A stretch of DNA of 64,000 bases. Source: Bacillota bacterium. Its GTDB lineage: Bacteria; Bacillota; DTU025. Position numbers and translations under genes: made by a program. Of this stretch, positions 21,001 through 28,214 are shown piece by piece; the stretch's first letter is position 1; every line of letters starts with the position of its first letter. Location: NCBI GenBank assembly GCA_050951805.1, contig JBMNJT010000003.1, positions 1 to 64,000 on the forward strand, given 5' to 3'. The notes beneath the pieces were generated by a model. It ran no database searches. It was not told the origin of the DNA and was given only the letters and a program-made list of their open reading frames with translations.

Positions 21001-24000
21001 GCGAGGAGTCAGCTACTACGTACAAGTACGAGGATGGAAGGTTTCTTTTCCCTACTTCGATAGAAACCGTGGTGCGCAACGCTGACTCAGCTTCAGCCAC
21101 AATTCGCACGGAAGCCCAGTATGACGGATTCGGCAGGGTCGCGCGGTACAACAAATACACTGTGGGCGACCCATCGGCAAGCGCGTCGCACAGCTGCTTC
21201 ACGTACGACGAGATCGGTCGCCTGCTGACTGCCGAAAGGCCCGCCCAAAGCCAAACTGGCGGGTATGTGAGGCCAACATACAGGCGAGCCTACGATGATC
21301 AGAACTTCATCGTTACCATCAGCGATGAACTGAATCGCAAGACGAGGGAGACCTATGACGGCCTGGGCCGGTTTGTGCTGGCAGAGCAGGAGGAAGCCCC
21401 TGGCCTGTGGAGGCAGGTGGCTCATGTCCAATACGACTCTTTGGGAAGGCTTGCGCGGCAATACGATGCTTTCGGCGTGGCGCACGAGACCAAATATGAG
21501 TACGACGCGTTTGGGCGAATAATCAAGACGCATTATCCCATGGAACTAGGCATGAGCGACTATGACCGCACTTTCTCCGAGTCATGGAGCGTGGACGCCG
21601 GGGATCTTCCGGCTTCGCTGTATCTGCCCGCGTTTCCGGCTGGGACGGGATACACAGCGGGGTATGCAACCGCTGTGAGGTGGGAGAAGGAGAACGCGGC
21701 AAGAAAAGCGTCGGAGCTGGAGCATTCAACGTACCGAGGATACGACGTAGCGGGCAGGTTGATTTGGAGCGCGGCGCAGACTGGGCCGGGGTCGAGCGAT
21801 TGGAGCGCGGCGTGTTACAGATATGACGACCTCGACAGGCTGGAGGCCAGTTGGGTCTATATCCAGGGGAACACATGGGACAAGACGTCACACGAATACG
21901 GCCTACATTTCGATGCGCCCACAGCCATGGCCTTGCCGGGGAACGGAAACCCAGAGCCGAGACATGAATACAGGTACAACAGCCGGGGATTGAAGGTTGC
22001 GGAGGATCCGGGCAAACCGTATGCGATCTGGTTTGGTTACGATGAGCTCGGCCGCCTCAAGACTGCGGACTACCGCGATGCCGCGGCTCCGATGAGCTCC
22101 AAACTCTTCTACGACCACGACGGTCGCATAACCCGGGCTGAGCTAACGAAGAGCGGGGCGCTTCAGAACGAGACGACCGCCACGTACAACCTTCGCGGGT
22201 GGCTTGTGGACGAGACTTGGATCATAGACGGAGAGCCATATTCCATGAGCTATGCCTATGACGACGTCGGCAACCGCATAAGCATGACTTACCCCAATAG
22301 TGTGAGCTTCAATTTCGAGTATGACAACCGCAACAGGCTGGCCAGGATCCCAGGTTACTTCGGCCCCGTGAACCAGCCCAGGCAGGTGGGGTTTACATAC
22401 GATGCCAACGGCCATCTTGCAAGCTCTACTTCGATCAACGGGGTGAGCACCGCCTACGCGACCGATGCCCAGGGCAGGCTGAAGTCGATAACCGCAACAA
22501 GGCAACAGCCGTTTGAAAACATACTGCAACTTGGCTACTCGTACACGTCCCAAGGGAATGTATCCCGCATATCTGGGATCAATGGGGGCTTTCCGTTTGA
22601 GCTGAACTACGGGTACGACCGGATCAACAGGCTCACGTTTGCCCAGGTTCCCAGGCCTGGAGGAATGGCCAACGTAACCTACCAGTATGACGGGGCAGGC
22701 AATCGAACGGTTGAGAGCTGGTCGGACACTGGCACAGTGCAGTACCAGTACTTGCCTGGAAACTACCTGAGGACCCGGGGGACGACAGCCTACTCCTGGG
22801 GGCCCTACGGGCAGTTGACATCAAAGACGCAAGGCCAGACAAGAACGGATTATGCGTACAGCGCTCAGCGCCTGATGAACGAGGTGAAGGTGGACGGCGC
22901 GGCTCTGGCGAAATACGAGTACGACGCCATGGGCCGCAGGATAAAGACGATCCAGGGCGAAACGACCACCATAACCTTGCACTCTGGAAACGACATAGTG
23001 TATGAGGTTCGCACAATGCCGCAGGCCGCGGGTTCGAACGCTGGGCTAAACGCAATCCCGGGCGACCCGATAATAGTCGATCCGATTGGCCCGATAATTG
23101 AGGATCCGCCGACTCCACCGCCTGATGACCCAGAGGATCCTGACCCAGATGATCCCGATCCAGACGATCCCGATCCAGATGATCCCGGCACGGGCGATCC
23201 GCCCACTTCCCCGGTGACGGAGTATGACAGACTCGTCACATGCTACCTTGTCCTGAACGGGAAACACTTGGCTAAGGTAGTACAGCAAGACTCGGATCCT
23301 GCTGAAGTCTACTTTTGCCACACCGACATGCTAGGATCCATAAGGGCGATCACCGACTCTTCGGGCGAGGTCGCAGCGAGGTTCGAGTATGAGCCGTTCG
23401 GGTTGGTTATCGAAGAGTCAGGCATTGCAGCCTCCGGAGCGGAAAGATACACCGGCAAGCCCTATGATCAAGGTATTGGCTTTTACTTCTTCGGGGCGAG
23501 GTATTATGACCCCGAGGTGGGGAGATTCACAAGCCGGGATTTAGCCAAGGATGGGCTAAACTGGTATGCATACTGCCGTCAGAATCCGTTGGTATACGTG
23601 GACCCGGATGGATGGAAGATCATATATGCTGACGGTAGTACTGAACGGGAAAAAGATGCGTTTGGCGAGGCCATCGAGTACCTCAAAGAAGACTCCGGAA
23701 CAGCACAAATTCTAGTGAATACGCTCGAGAAGTCGGAAGAGGTCATCGTCATACGGTTTTTGAAGTATCCACTTCTCGACCCGTCGAGGAAGAGAAAGCA
23801 TGCCTATATCCCGGGTAAGCGAACCATTGAATGGTGTCCTAATATGGGGATACGACTTAAAGATGGAAGAATCCAGAGTCCAGCCTTGGCATTGGCGCAC
23901 GAGATGGGACATGCTGAACAGTGGCTGGGCAATGGCCCAAAGACTGAGGAGGCCAATCTAGAAAAATGGGAGACGCCAATTGCCAAGCAACTCGGAGAGC

Positions 24001-24125
24001 CGGTTCGACCATACTACAGCTACGGACATTCCTCGGATCCATTGCCGAGGACTATGGGCCCTACATCACGTGAAGAAGCTGTACGCACATGGGCTCCATC
24101 GGGCACATACGGGCTTCTTTACTGA
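18015..24125 (+). CDS. Full-length Rhs/YD-repeat toxin with Sec-type signal peptide and C-terminal HExxH zinc metallopeptidase (M91-like)
   Basis: MARKRDMRLQVLLVIALLLVLSGFAARCAAA signal; VDPSSGALVVRQTDFVLPGRAGLDFALTRVYNS; many YD repeats; DPDG at 23601-23612; SPALALAHEMGH..EE..ETPIAKQLGEPVR..Y. Confidence 0.95.
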   Translation: MVDMARKRDMRLQVLLVIALLLVLSGFAARCAAAEPLPGDPDATWTRYITREYGIEAQELGGLRRAGMTWPSIAAYLETLYPHETIVMDTDDFVELASGSGITPFESIETYKRALSHQTDPSWLANLYAETGSWGRIESAFDNRKQAYSLIDQDAFVSSSAAVPPQSMGEALSPLYGVSADSFDTAIRLGMDTEDIVDTMFMVELVSEDDMEKTANFNEAVYASRQLAPELLPLRQRWPVREFPRELLPLVPPSGVQGAAARQLPTARPISSGHIPKGMSAAGAGSNSSIVDPSILYGTERVSPFKAYFEGFAERVDPSSGALVVRQTDFVLPGRAGLDFALTRVYNSGLASFDIPRTKIRGIRDRSGSTDWEVWGEKIPNAFLEKRFGIGVGWRLAFPTIEFTDGQKYLHMDDGGVYKIGGGNYDDVGYYLVDYGVQDMVFSEDKSYTSPLDGAVSMYKLRRKDGVEWLFGSDGRLLCVRDRFGNEIKFQCQAPSGGLARIVKAVDTVGRQILFTYQADQVVVTVIPGDASSASTWTYKLESAGGNHSDRMKLAAVIPPAGRAVSYEYSTDGTTFTPHVPGAGTGSPVTLDYLNLVTIHHQGEARFNKSPGHTAQSCYEYEASHKSMNSGDPSKSDPSQLGYYRVVRRFDLVPTVDLSGGQPSSVIRREGEAEFVYADWNRSTLRYGCTRIAQMAAGEAGIAPARESWQFDKKHRLITHETTGADSGENRGLEEKISISYSYLGDDDKLISKEEKAISVGSAERSENTQYIWDGVGNLLVTIDPANRRIERWYDQRYSLLTMQAEETVAPNGSKAARVQEYKLTPDKRAVKEEWAYMALPSTGGTTNYSAEIMRSDVPQGSFWTWSPSGAITNARIDIRWYNKGFWLDAAEYTIYYRESGASRWTRYASKRHQHFRRGGGTDTWNIALSSTPKRYDIKVQVRLSPIWISSASAVGPGPAWMPRNAGEISKQRFEYHSLYPWLPTKSSVLGFGSSGEESATTYKYEDGRFLFPTSIETVVRNADSASATIRTEAQYDGFGRVARYNKYTVGDPSASASHSCFTYDEIGRLLTAERPAQSQTGGYVRPTYRRAYDDQNFIVTISDELNRKTRETYDGLGRFVLAEQEEAPGLWRQVAHVQYDSLGRLARQYDAFGVAHETKYEYDAFGRIIKTHYPMELGMSDYDRTFSESWSVDAGDLPASLYLPAFPAGTGYTAGYATAVRWEKENAARKASELEHSTYRGYDVAGRLIWSAAQTGPGSSDWSAACYRYDDLDRLEASWVYIQGNTWDKTSHEYGLHFDAPTAMALPGNGNPEPRHEYRYNSRGLKVAEDPGKPYAIWFGYDELGRLKTADYRDAAAPMSSKLFYDHDGRITRAELTKSGALQNETTATYNLRGWLVDETWIIDGEPYSMSYAYDDVGNRISMTYPNSVSFNFEYDNRNRLARIPGYFGPVNQPRQVGFTYDANGHLASSTSINGVSTAYATDAQGRLKSITATRQQPFENILQLGYSYTSQGNVSRISGINGGFPFELNYGYDRINRLTFAQVPRPGGMANVTYQYDGAGNRTVESWSDTGTVQYQYLPGNYLRTRGTTAYSWGPYGQLTSKTQGQTRTDYAYSAQRLMNEVKVDGAALAKYEYDAMGRRIKTIQGETTTITLHSGNDIVYEVRTMPQAAGSNAGLNAIPGDPIIVDPIGPIIEDPPTPPPDDPEDPDPDDPDPDDPDPDDPGTGDPPTSPVTEYDRLVTCYLVLNGKHLAKVVQQDSDPAEVYFCHTDMLGSIRAITDSSGEVAARFEYEPFGLVIEESGIAASGAERYTGKPYDQGIGFYFFGARYYDPEVGRFTSRDLAKDGLNWYAYCRQNPLVYVDPDGWKIIYADGSTEREKDAFGEAIEYLKEDSGTAQILVNTLEKSEEVIVIRFLKYPLLDPSRKRKHAYIPGKRTIEWCPNMGIRLKDGRIQSPALALAHEMGHAEQWLGNGPKTEEANLEKWETPIAKQLGEPVRPYYSYGHSSDPLPRTMGPTSREEAVRTWAPSGTYGLLY
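22106..23407 (+). repeat. Rhs core repeat, near-identical copies at about 28270-29309 and 35770-37057; shorter copies at 30365 and 32357
   Basis: Direct nucleotide identity over more than 1 kb, for example aacatactgcaacttggctactcgtacacgtcccaagggaatg in all three long copies. Confidence 0.95.
23100..23208 (+). repeat. Coding Pro/Asp tandem repeat (15-bp PDPDD units) in Rhs
   Basis: EDPPTPPPDDPEDPDPDDPDPDDPDPDDPGTGDPP; one unit shorter at about 36760-36855 and absent at about 29100. Confidence 0.9.
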
Positions 24126-24141
24126 GGAGGTAGTCGCTCAG

Positions 24142-24795
24142 ATGACGAGAAAGAGGGCACTTGCTGCGGTTATGCTCTTGTTGTTGCTTGTTGTTGTCGC
24201 ATGGATCAGCTGGGGCTCAGTCTATAGGGGCAGTGATGAAACGCCCTTCCCCGCCGGTCTGGCCGAACGCGCTCAACGGGGGGACCTAGCGCTTACGATC
24301 TACTATGTGCCCGTGTCCACGCACATAGAGGTTGTTCCTCTGTGGTCTCCGGAACATCTGAGAAATCGTGGGTACGACTGCAGAGTAGAGGTTCTCCCAG
24401 AGCTGCTTAGGCGTTACATAGGCGCGCTACAACAGATTGACGAGTTAAGGTTGAGGCCAACTAGGCGTGTCGATGAATATGCCATGGATTTGAGAGTATT
24501 GGGCGAATTCTCGAGTGGGGGAAAGGTGATTCTTTCCTTCGGACTAAACTCGCCTACTGGCTGGCCAGTGATGTTTGTCAACGATTCGACGGTCAGGGCC
24601 AAGAGGGAGTTTTACGATCTAGTTAGGCCATTCTTGCCTCGTTGTGAAATTGCTGAGTATGATGAGTATCTCGAGTACTTCGGATATTGGGGACGGGTCA
24701 GAGCCCTTGGTGAAGGGATCAAAGATCTGATAGGCGGATGCGTGCCGTATTGGTCGCCGGACGAACAGCTGAACCAAAGGAGGCAAGTGCAATGA
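24142..24795 (+). CDS. Membrane-anchored immunity candidate 1 for the metallopeptidase tip
   Basis: gaggagg RBS, ATG 24142; MTRKRALAAVMLLLLLVVVAW anchor; directly after the toxin. Confidence 0.8.
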   Translation: MTRKRALAAVMLLLLLVVVAWISWGSVYRGSDETPFPAGLAERAQRGDLALTIYYVPVSTHIEVVPLWSPEHLRNRGYDCRVEVLPELLRRYIGALQQIDELRLRPTRRVDEYAMDLRVLGEFSSGGKVILSFGLNSPTGWPVMFVNDSTVRAKREFYDLVRPFLPRCEIAEYDEYLEYFGYWGRVRALGEGIKDLIGGCVPYWSPDEQLNQRRQVQ

Positions 24796-25343
24796 GGAGT
24801 AAGATGGCGACGATGTCGATGGCTTGTTTCCTTGCTGTTTTGCTTGTTGCCGCAGCGGGCGATGTGGCATTGGCTCCGGCCTGCTTCGCGGCGTCAGATG
24901 ATCGCCTGCCTTCGTCCAACTTAGCATCTGAGTACTGGATTGAACTCACCATCTTCTACATTCCATTGACGAAGTCGACTGACAGCCCATGTAGAACCCG
25001 AGCGGACGTGATGCGGAATTCCATATACAGGATCGAGTGTATACGAGGGAGTTGGAAATACAAGGAACTGCTCGAAATGATAGATGAGCTTGAGCCGAAG
25101 ATAGTCGACGACTTCGATGCGGACAGCCTTGACCTAAGGATATGGGGACAGTTTACTCTCAATTACTACGACTTGATAATGGAATTTGGCCTGCTTGGGG
25201 TGGCCGATGGTCGAAGGGTCATGGTCATAGACAACTTCATAGTGGAAGAAGCGCCTGAGTTCTATGAACTAGTGTCGTTTTTCGTTCCAGTCACAGAAAT
25301 AGAAGATTTCGACCTGGCAATGCAAAAGCTTGGGTATAGATAG
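24792..25343 (+). CDS. Exported immunity candidate 2, paralog of 24142-24795
   Basis: ATGA overlap; signal peptide; LTIFYIP..IDEL..DLRIWGQF..EFYELV aligns with LTIYYVP..IDEL..DLRVLGEF..EFYDLV. Confidence 0.8.
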   Translation: MRSKMATMSMACFLAVLLVAAAGDVALAPACFAASDDRLPSSNLASEYWIELTIFYIPLTKSTDSPCRTRADVMRNSIYRIECIRGSWKYKELLEMIDELEPKIVDDFDADSLDLRIWGQFTLNYYDLIMEFGLLGVADGRRVMVIDNFIVEEAPEFYELVSFFVPVTEIEDFDLAMQKLGYR

Positions 25344-25428
25344 AGGGACTCGCGAGGAGGCGGGCGACCGCCTCCAAAAAACTCCAGCGGATTGATATGG
25401 TGCGAGATTCGGGCCGATTGAGAGCGGA

Positions 25429-27207
25429 ATGGGGGACCCCCAAGTGAGATCTTTGCGGAGGTATGTTGAGGTGAGGAATTGGTGGTCACTTGTATTGAAG
25501 GAGTGGCGCGGTTTCTGGCCCCGAATTCTGTTGGCCTCGGCGGCCACCTTAGGGTTTGACGCCTGGCTGGCGATCAGGGTGGCGGTATGGGAAATGGAAC
25601 GAGGTGAGGGGCTTGCTTTTGTGTTGTCATTCATTCCTTTTGCGGGAATATGCATAGCCTCTCTGATAGTCGGATATTTCACAATGCGCAGTGACTGGCG
25701 CGACCGTGCCGAGTTGCATCTCCCCTCATCCCCAATGAGCTGTGCCGGGGTGATCTGGGCCAAGCTGCTTGCAGCCGCTCTCGGTCTGGCGCTCATCGCT
25801 GTCGTGGCAACCACGGGAACATGGATTGTAGCGAGAAGATCCTCAATGTTCTACTCCGCCATCATATCAATGAAGAAGAACATTCTTTGGCTCAAGCCAT
25901 GGGAGAAGGCCATCGATATCACATGGGTAGTGATCTGTTTGATCCTCGGCCCTGCTCTCAGCGTTGCAGTTGGGATCTTCTCCTTCACAATAGGAACCAT
26001 TGTGCCGCGGATCTCAGGGCTGATCGCTGCAGTCGTTTGTGTACTCACATTCTACTTGGCCTTTGCATTTGCGCCGCATGCTATGTACATAGCATCGTTC
26101 ATACCCACTCCAGGTTTGATCGTGTACAAAGAGATGGATTACTTGGAGGCTTATCGTAAGGTTATTCCCCTCAGACCGTTCTGGCCCGCTTTGGCGGCCA
26201 TAGTCTTGCTCATCTTTGTCGCAGGAAAGATCCTCGAGTCGCAGAAGTCGGCGCCTGGCCGGCGGGAATCTGTTATGACGGGAGAGCTGTCGAAGACGAT
26301 CTCTCGTCAAGGAATAGTCATATTCGCTCTCGTCTTGCTTGCCGTAATAGCAAGTTTCACCCATCCATGGCTGTCGGGAAGCCAACTGCTGGTTTATAAA
26401 TCCCCGCCGGGGTCCGTCTCAATGATCGGTTTTACAAAGGACGCCTCCGCAAGCATTCCATTTGAGAAGACCTTCAGCACCGCCGGCGTCCAGCGCGTAG
26501 ATATACAGGCGCATCATGGCGAAATAACGGTCGTTGGGACAGATAGTAACAGCATCACCTTAACAGGCAAGTTGGTCGCGTACGGCGACACAGTGGAACA
26601 GGCCGAGAAGAAGTTGGGGTTTCTGCAGCTGAACACGCAGATCTGTGGCGACGTTCTCGAGATCGTCGCCAAGCCAGATGAATCAGTTGTGAGCAAGTGG
26701 ATGGGCGATGCCATTCTCCGTGTTGAGGTCCCGGCGGGGATAGCTGTAAGCTCCGCACTGTCATTTGGCGACACTACACTGGAAGGGATCGATGGCGCAA
26801 TCCGGGTCAGAACAAGCAGAGGCGGCAAAATCAGAGTGAATTCCACCAGGGGTGATCTGGATGTAGAAGCCACGGGCAAAATCGAAGTCAATGATGCAGA
26901 GGTCACGGGAAGGATGCGCCTGTTCTCATCTTGGGGCTCAATTGGCTTCCGGGGAACCCTCGGACAAAGCAACGACATCGAAACTGGAGAGAACGCGGTT
27001 ACAATCGAAGTTCCACAATCAACCTGTGTGCAGGCCGATGCAGCATCCTCCAGGGGGGACGTTTCCATCACGCTACCTATTGCCGGTGAAATCTCGGAGC
27101 GCTCCGGGGAAACGCCGTCGTCGTACGTAGGAGTGCTCGGAGAAGGCGCCCCGACAGGAGAACTCAAGGTGCGCGCCAACTACGCGATCAACATTTCGGG
27201 GCTATGA
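25429..27207 (+). CDS. Multi-TM (ABC-2 permease-like) domain fused to a DUF4097-like beta-strand repeat domain
   Basis: About 7 TM segments with LVLKEWR and LHLPSSP..VIWAKLLAA; C-half has GEITVVG, LRVEVP, SFGDTTLEGIDGAIRVRTSRGGKI, SSRGDVSI. Confidence 0.7.
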   Translation: MGDPQVRSLRRYVEVRNWWSLVLKEWRGFWPRILLASAATLGFDAWLAIRVAVWEMERGEGLAFVLSFIPFAGICIASLIVGYFTMRSDWRDRAELHLPSSPMSCAGVIWAKLLAAALGLALIAVVATTGTWIVARRSSMFYSAIISMKKNILWLKPWEKAIDITWVVICLILGPALSVAVGIFSFTIGTIVPRISGLIAAVVCVLTFYLAFAFAPHAMYIASFIPTPGLIVYKEMDYLEAYRKVIPLRPFWPALAAIVLLIFVAGKILESQKSAPGRRESVMTGELSKTISRQGIVIFALVLLAVIASFTHPWLSGSQLLVYKSPPGSVSMIGFTKDASASIPFEKTFSTAGVQRVDIQAHHGEITVVGTDSNSITLTGKLVAYGDTVEQAEKKLGFLQLNTQICGDVLEIVAKPDESVVSKWMGDAILRVEVPAGIAVSSALSFGDTTLEGIDGAIRVRTSRGGKIRVNSTRGDLDVEATGKIEVNDAEVTGRMRLFSSWGSIGFRGTLGQSNDIETGENAVTIEVPQSTCVQADAASSRGDVSITLPIAGEISERSGETPSSYVGVLGEGAPTGELKVRANYAINISGL

Positions 27208-27462
27208 ACTTGTTAGCCACGTAGAGGCCGCAGATGGCTAGAGGCGAATCGGGTCCTGGTGTGGCGGACAGAAGCTGTTGCGGATAGAGAAGGTCTAGCG
27301 GGCGACGAATTCACCTGAATAATCTGATCCCTTCCAATGCGGGGGTCTGAGGAAGAGGAGAATGCCACAATGCGTATCGATTTCTCGAGTAATCGGTCTC
27401 AGGATTCTGATGAATGTGGGTTCGGGTCGAGGTTGTGAAGCCCCAGACAGACTAGGCTCAAG

Positions 27463-28065
27463 TTGCTAGTTGTTTTGGGCGCGCTTTGCGCCCTCTGTCT
27501 GGTCGCTGTGCAAGTGATGTCGGCGCTGGCTGCTCCGCCTTTTGAGGTTGGGCATCCCTGGCGCCTCACAGCGATCATTGTCAACGAAACGGATCCCGAT
27601 CTTGATCCGGATTTATGGATAGCTTCAGCAGAGGTGTCGCCTCCCAAGGACAACAGCGCTTTGCTTCAACTCTACTTCGGGCCAGGAGGGTGGCTACACA
27701 AGCCAGTGACGCTTCTCGGAGCTGAGGTCATAGTTGAGTACTGTGACGCTCTGGGTAGGGTTCTTGCACGAGGGTCTGCGAAGGTAAAAGCGCCTGAGAC
27801 CGACGAAGATCCAGTCGCTGCCAGCCCCATCCGCCTGAAGGGCATACCCACGGATACTGACTACATATTCGTATGGCTGAAATGGATGAACATCTCCGGC
27901 GAGCTTATCGAATTCAACTGGCCGGCAGACCCGCATCAGCTTGGCGTGGCTGTGCTGAGGGAACGATTGCGGCTAGCTGATTACCTTGGTTATGAGCCCA
28001 ATGACGATGTGCAAGCGCTCATAGATAGGCTTGTGATGGAAATAGCTGACGCATTTCGCGAATAG
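27463..28065 (+). CDS. Hypothetical exported protein
   Basis: 200-aa ORF with signal-like N-terminus ending ALAAP; start uncertain. Confidence 0.6.
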   Translation: MLVVLGALCALCLVAVQVMSALAAPPFEVGHPWRLTAIIVNETDPDLDPDLWIASAEVSPPKDNSALLQLYFGPGGWLHKPVTLLGAEVIVEYCDALGRVLARGSAKVKAPETDEDPVAASPIRLKGIPTDTDYIFVWLKWMNISGELIEFNWPADPHQLGVAVLRERLRLADYLGYEPNDDVQALIDRLVMEIADAFRE

Positions 28066-28214
28066 TGGTGTCTCGCATGGATGAAGCGCCGGTCTGGATC
28101 AATCCTGCATGAGACAGATACGCTCATGTATGCAAGTAGTGAATCGTGAGCTAATGGAACCGGGGAACCCTTGCCCCCAACCGCCGCCAGCGGGGATGCA
28201 TCCTGTGGATAAGG

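Noticed and set aside
23100-23208. CRISPR-like short repeats
   Set aside because: Units are contiguous 15-bp coding repeats without spacers; no cas genes and no array seen anywhere in the window
16438-24125. T6SS, T3SS or complete T2SS cluster
   Set aside because: No VgrG, PAAR, Hcp, needle, pilin or secretion ATPase genes are recognisable in the window
23980-24141. Long N-terminal extensions in the ORF track (23980, 24738, 45824, 48650, 41413)
   Set aside because: They overlap upstream genes or riboswitches; downstream starts with clear RBS or coupling were chosen
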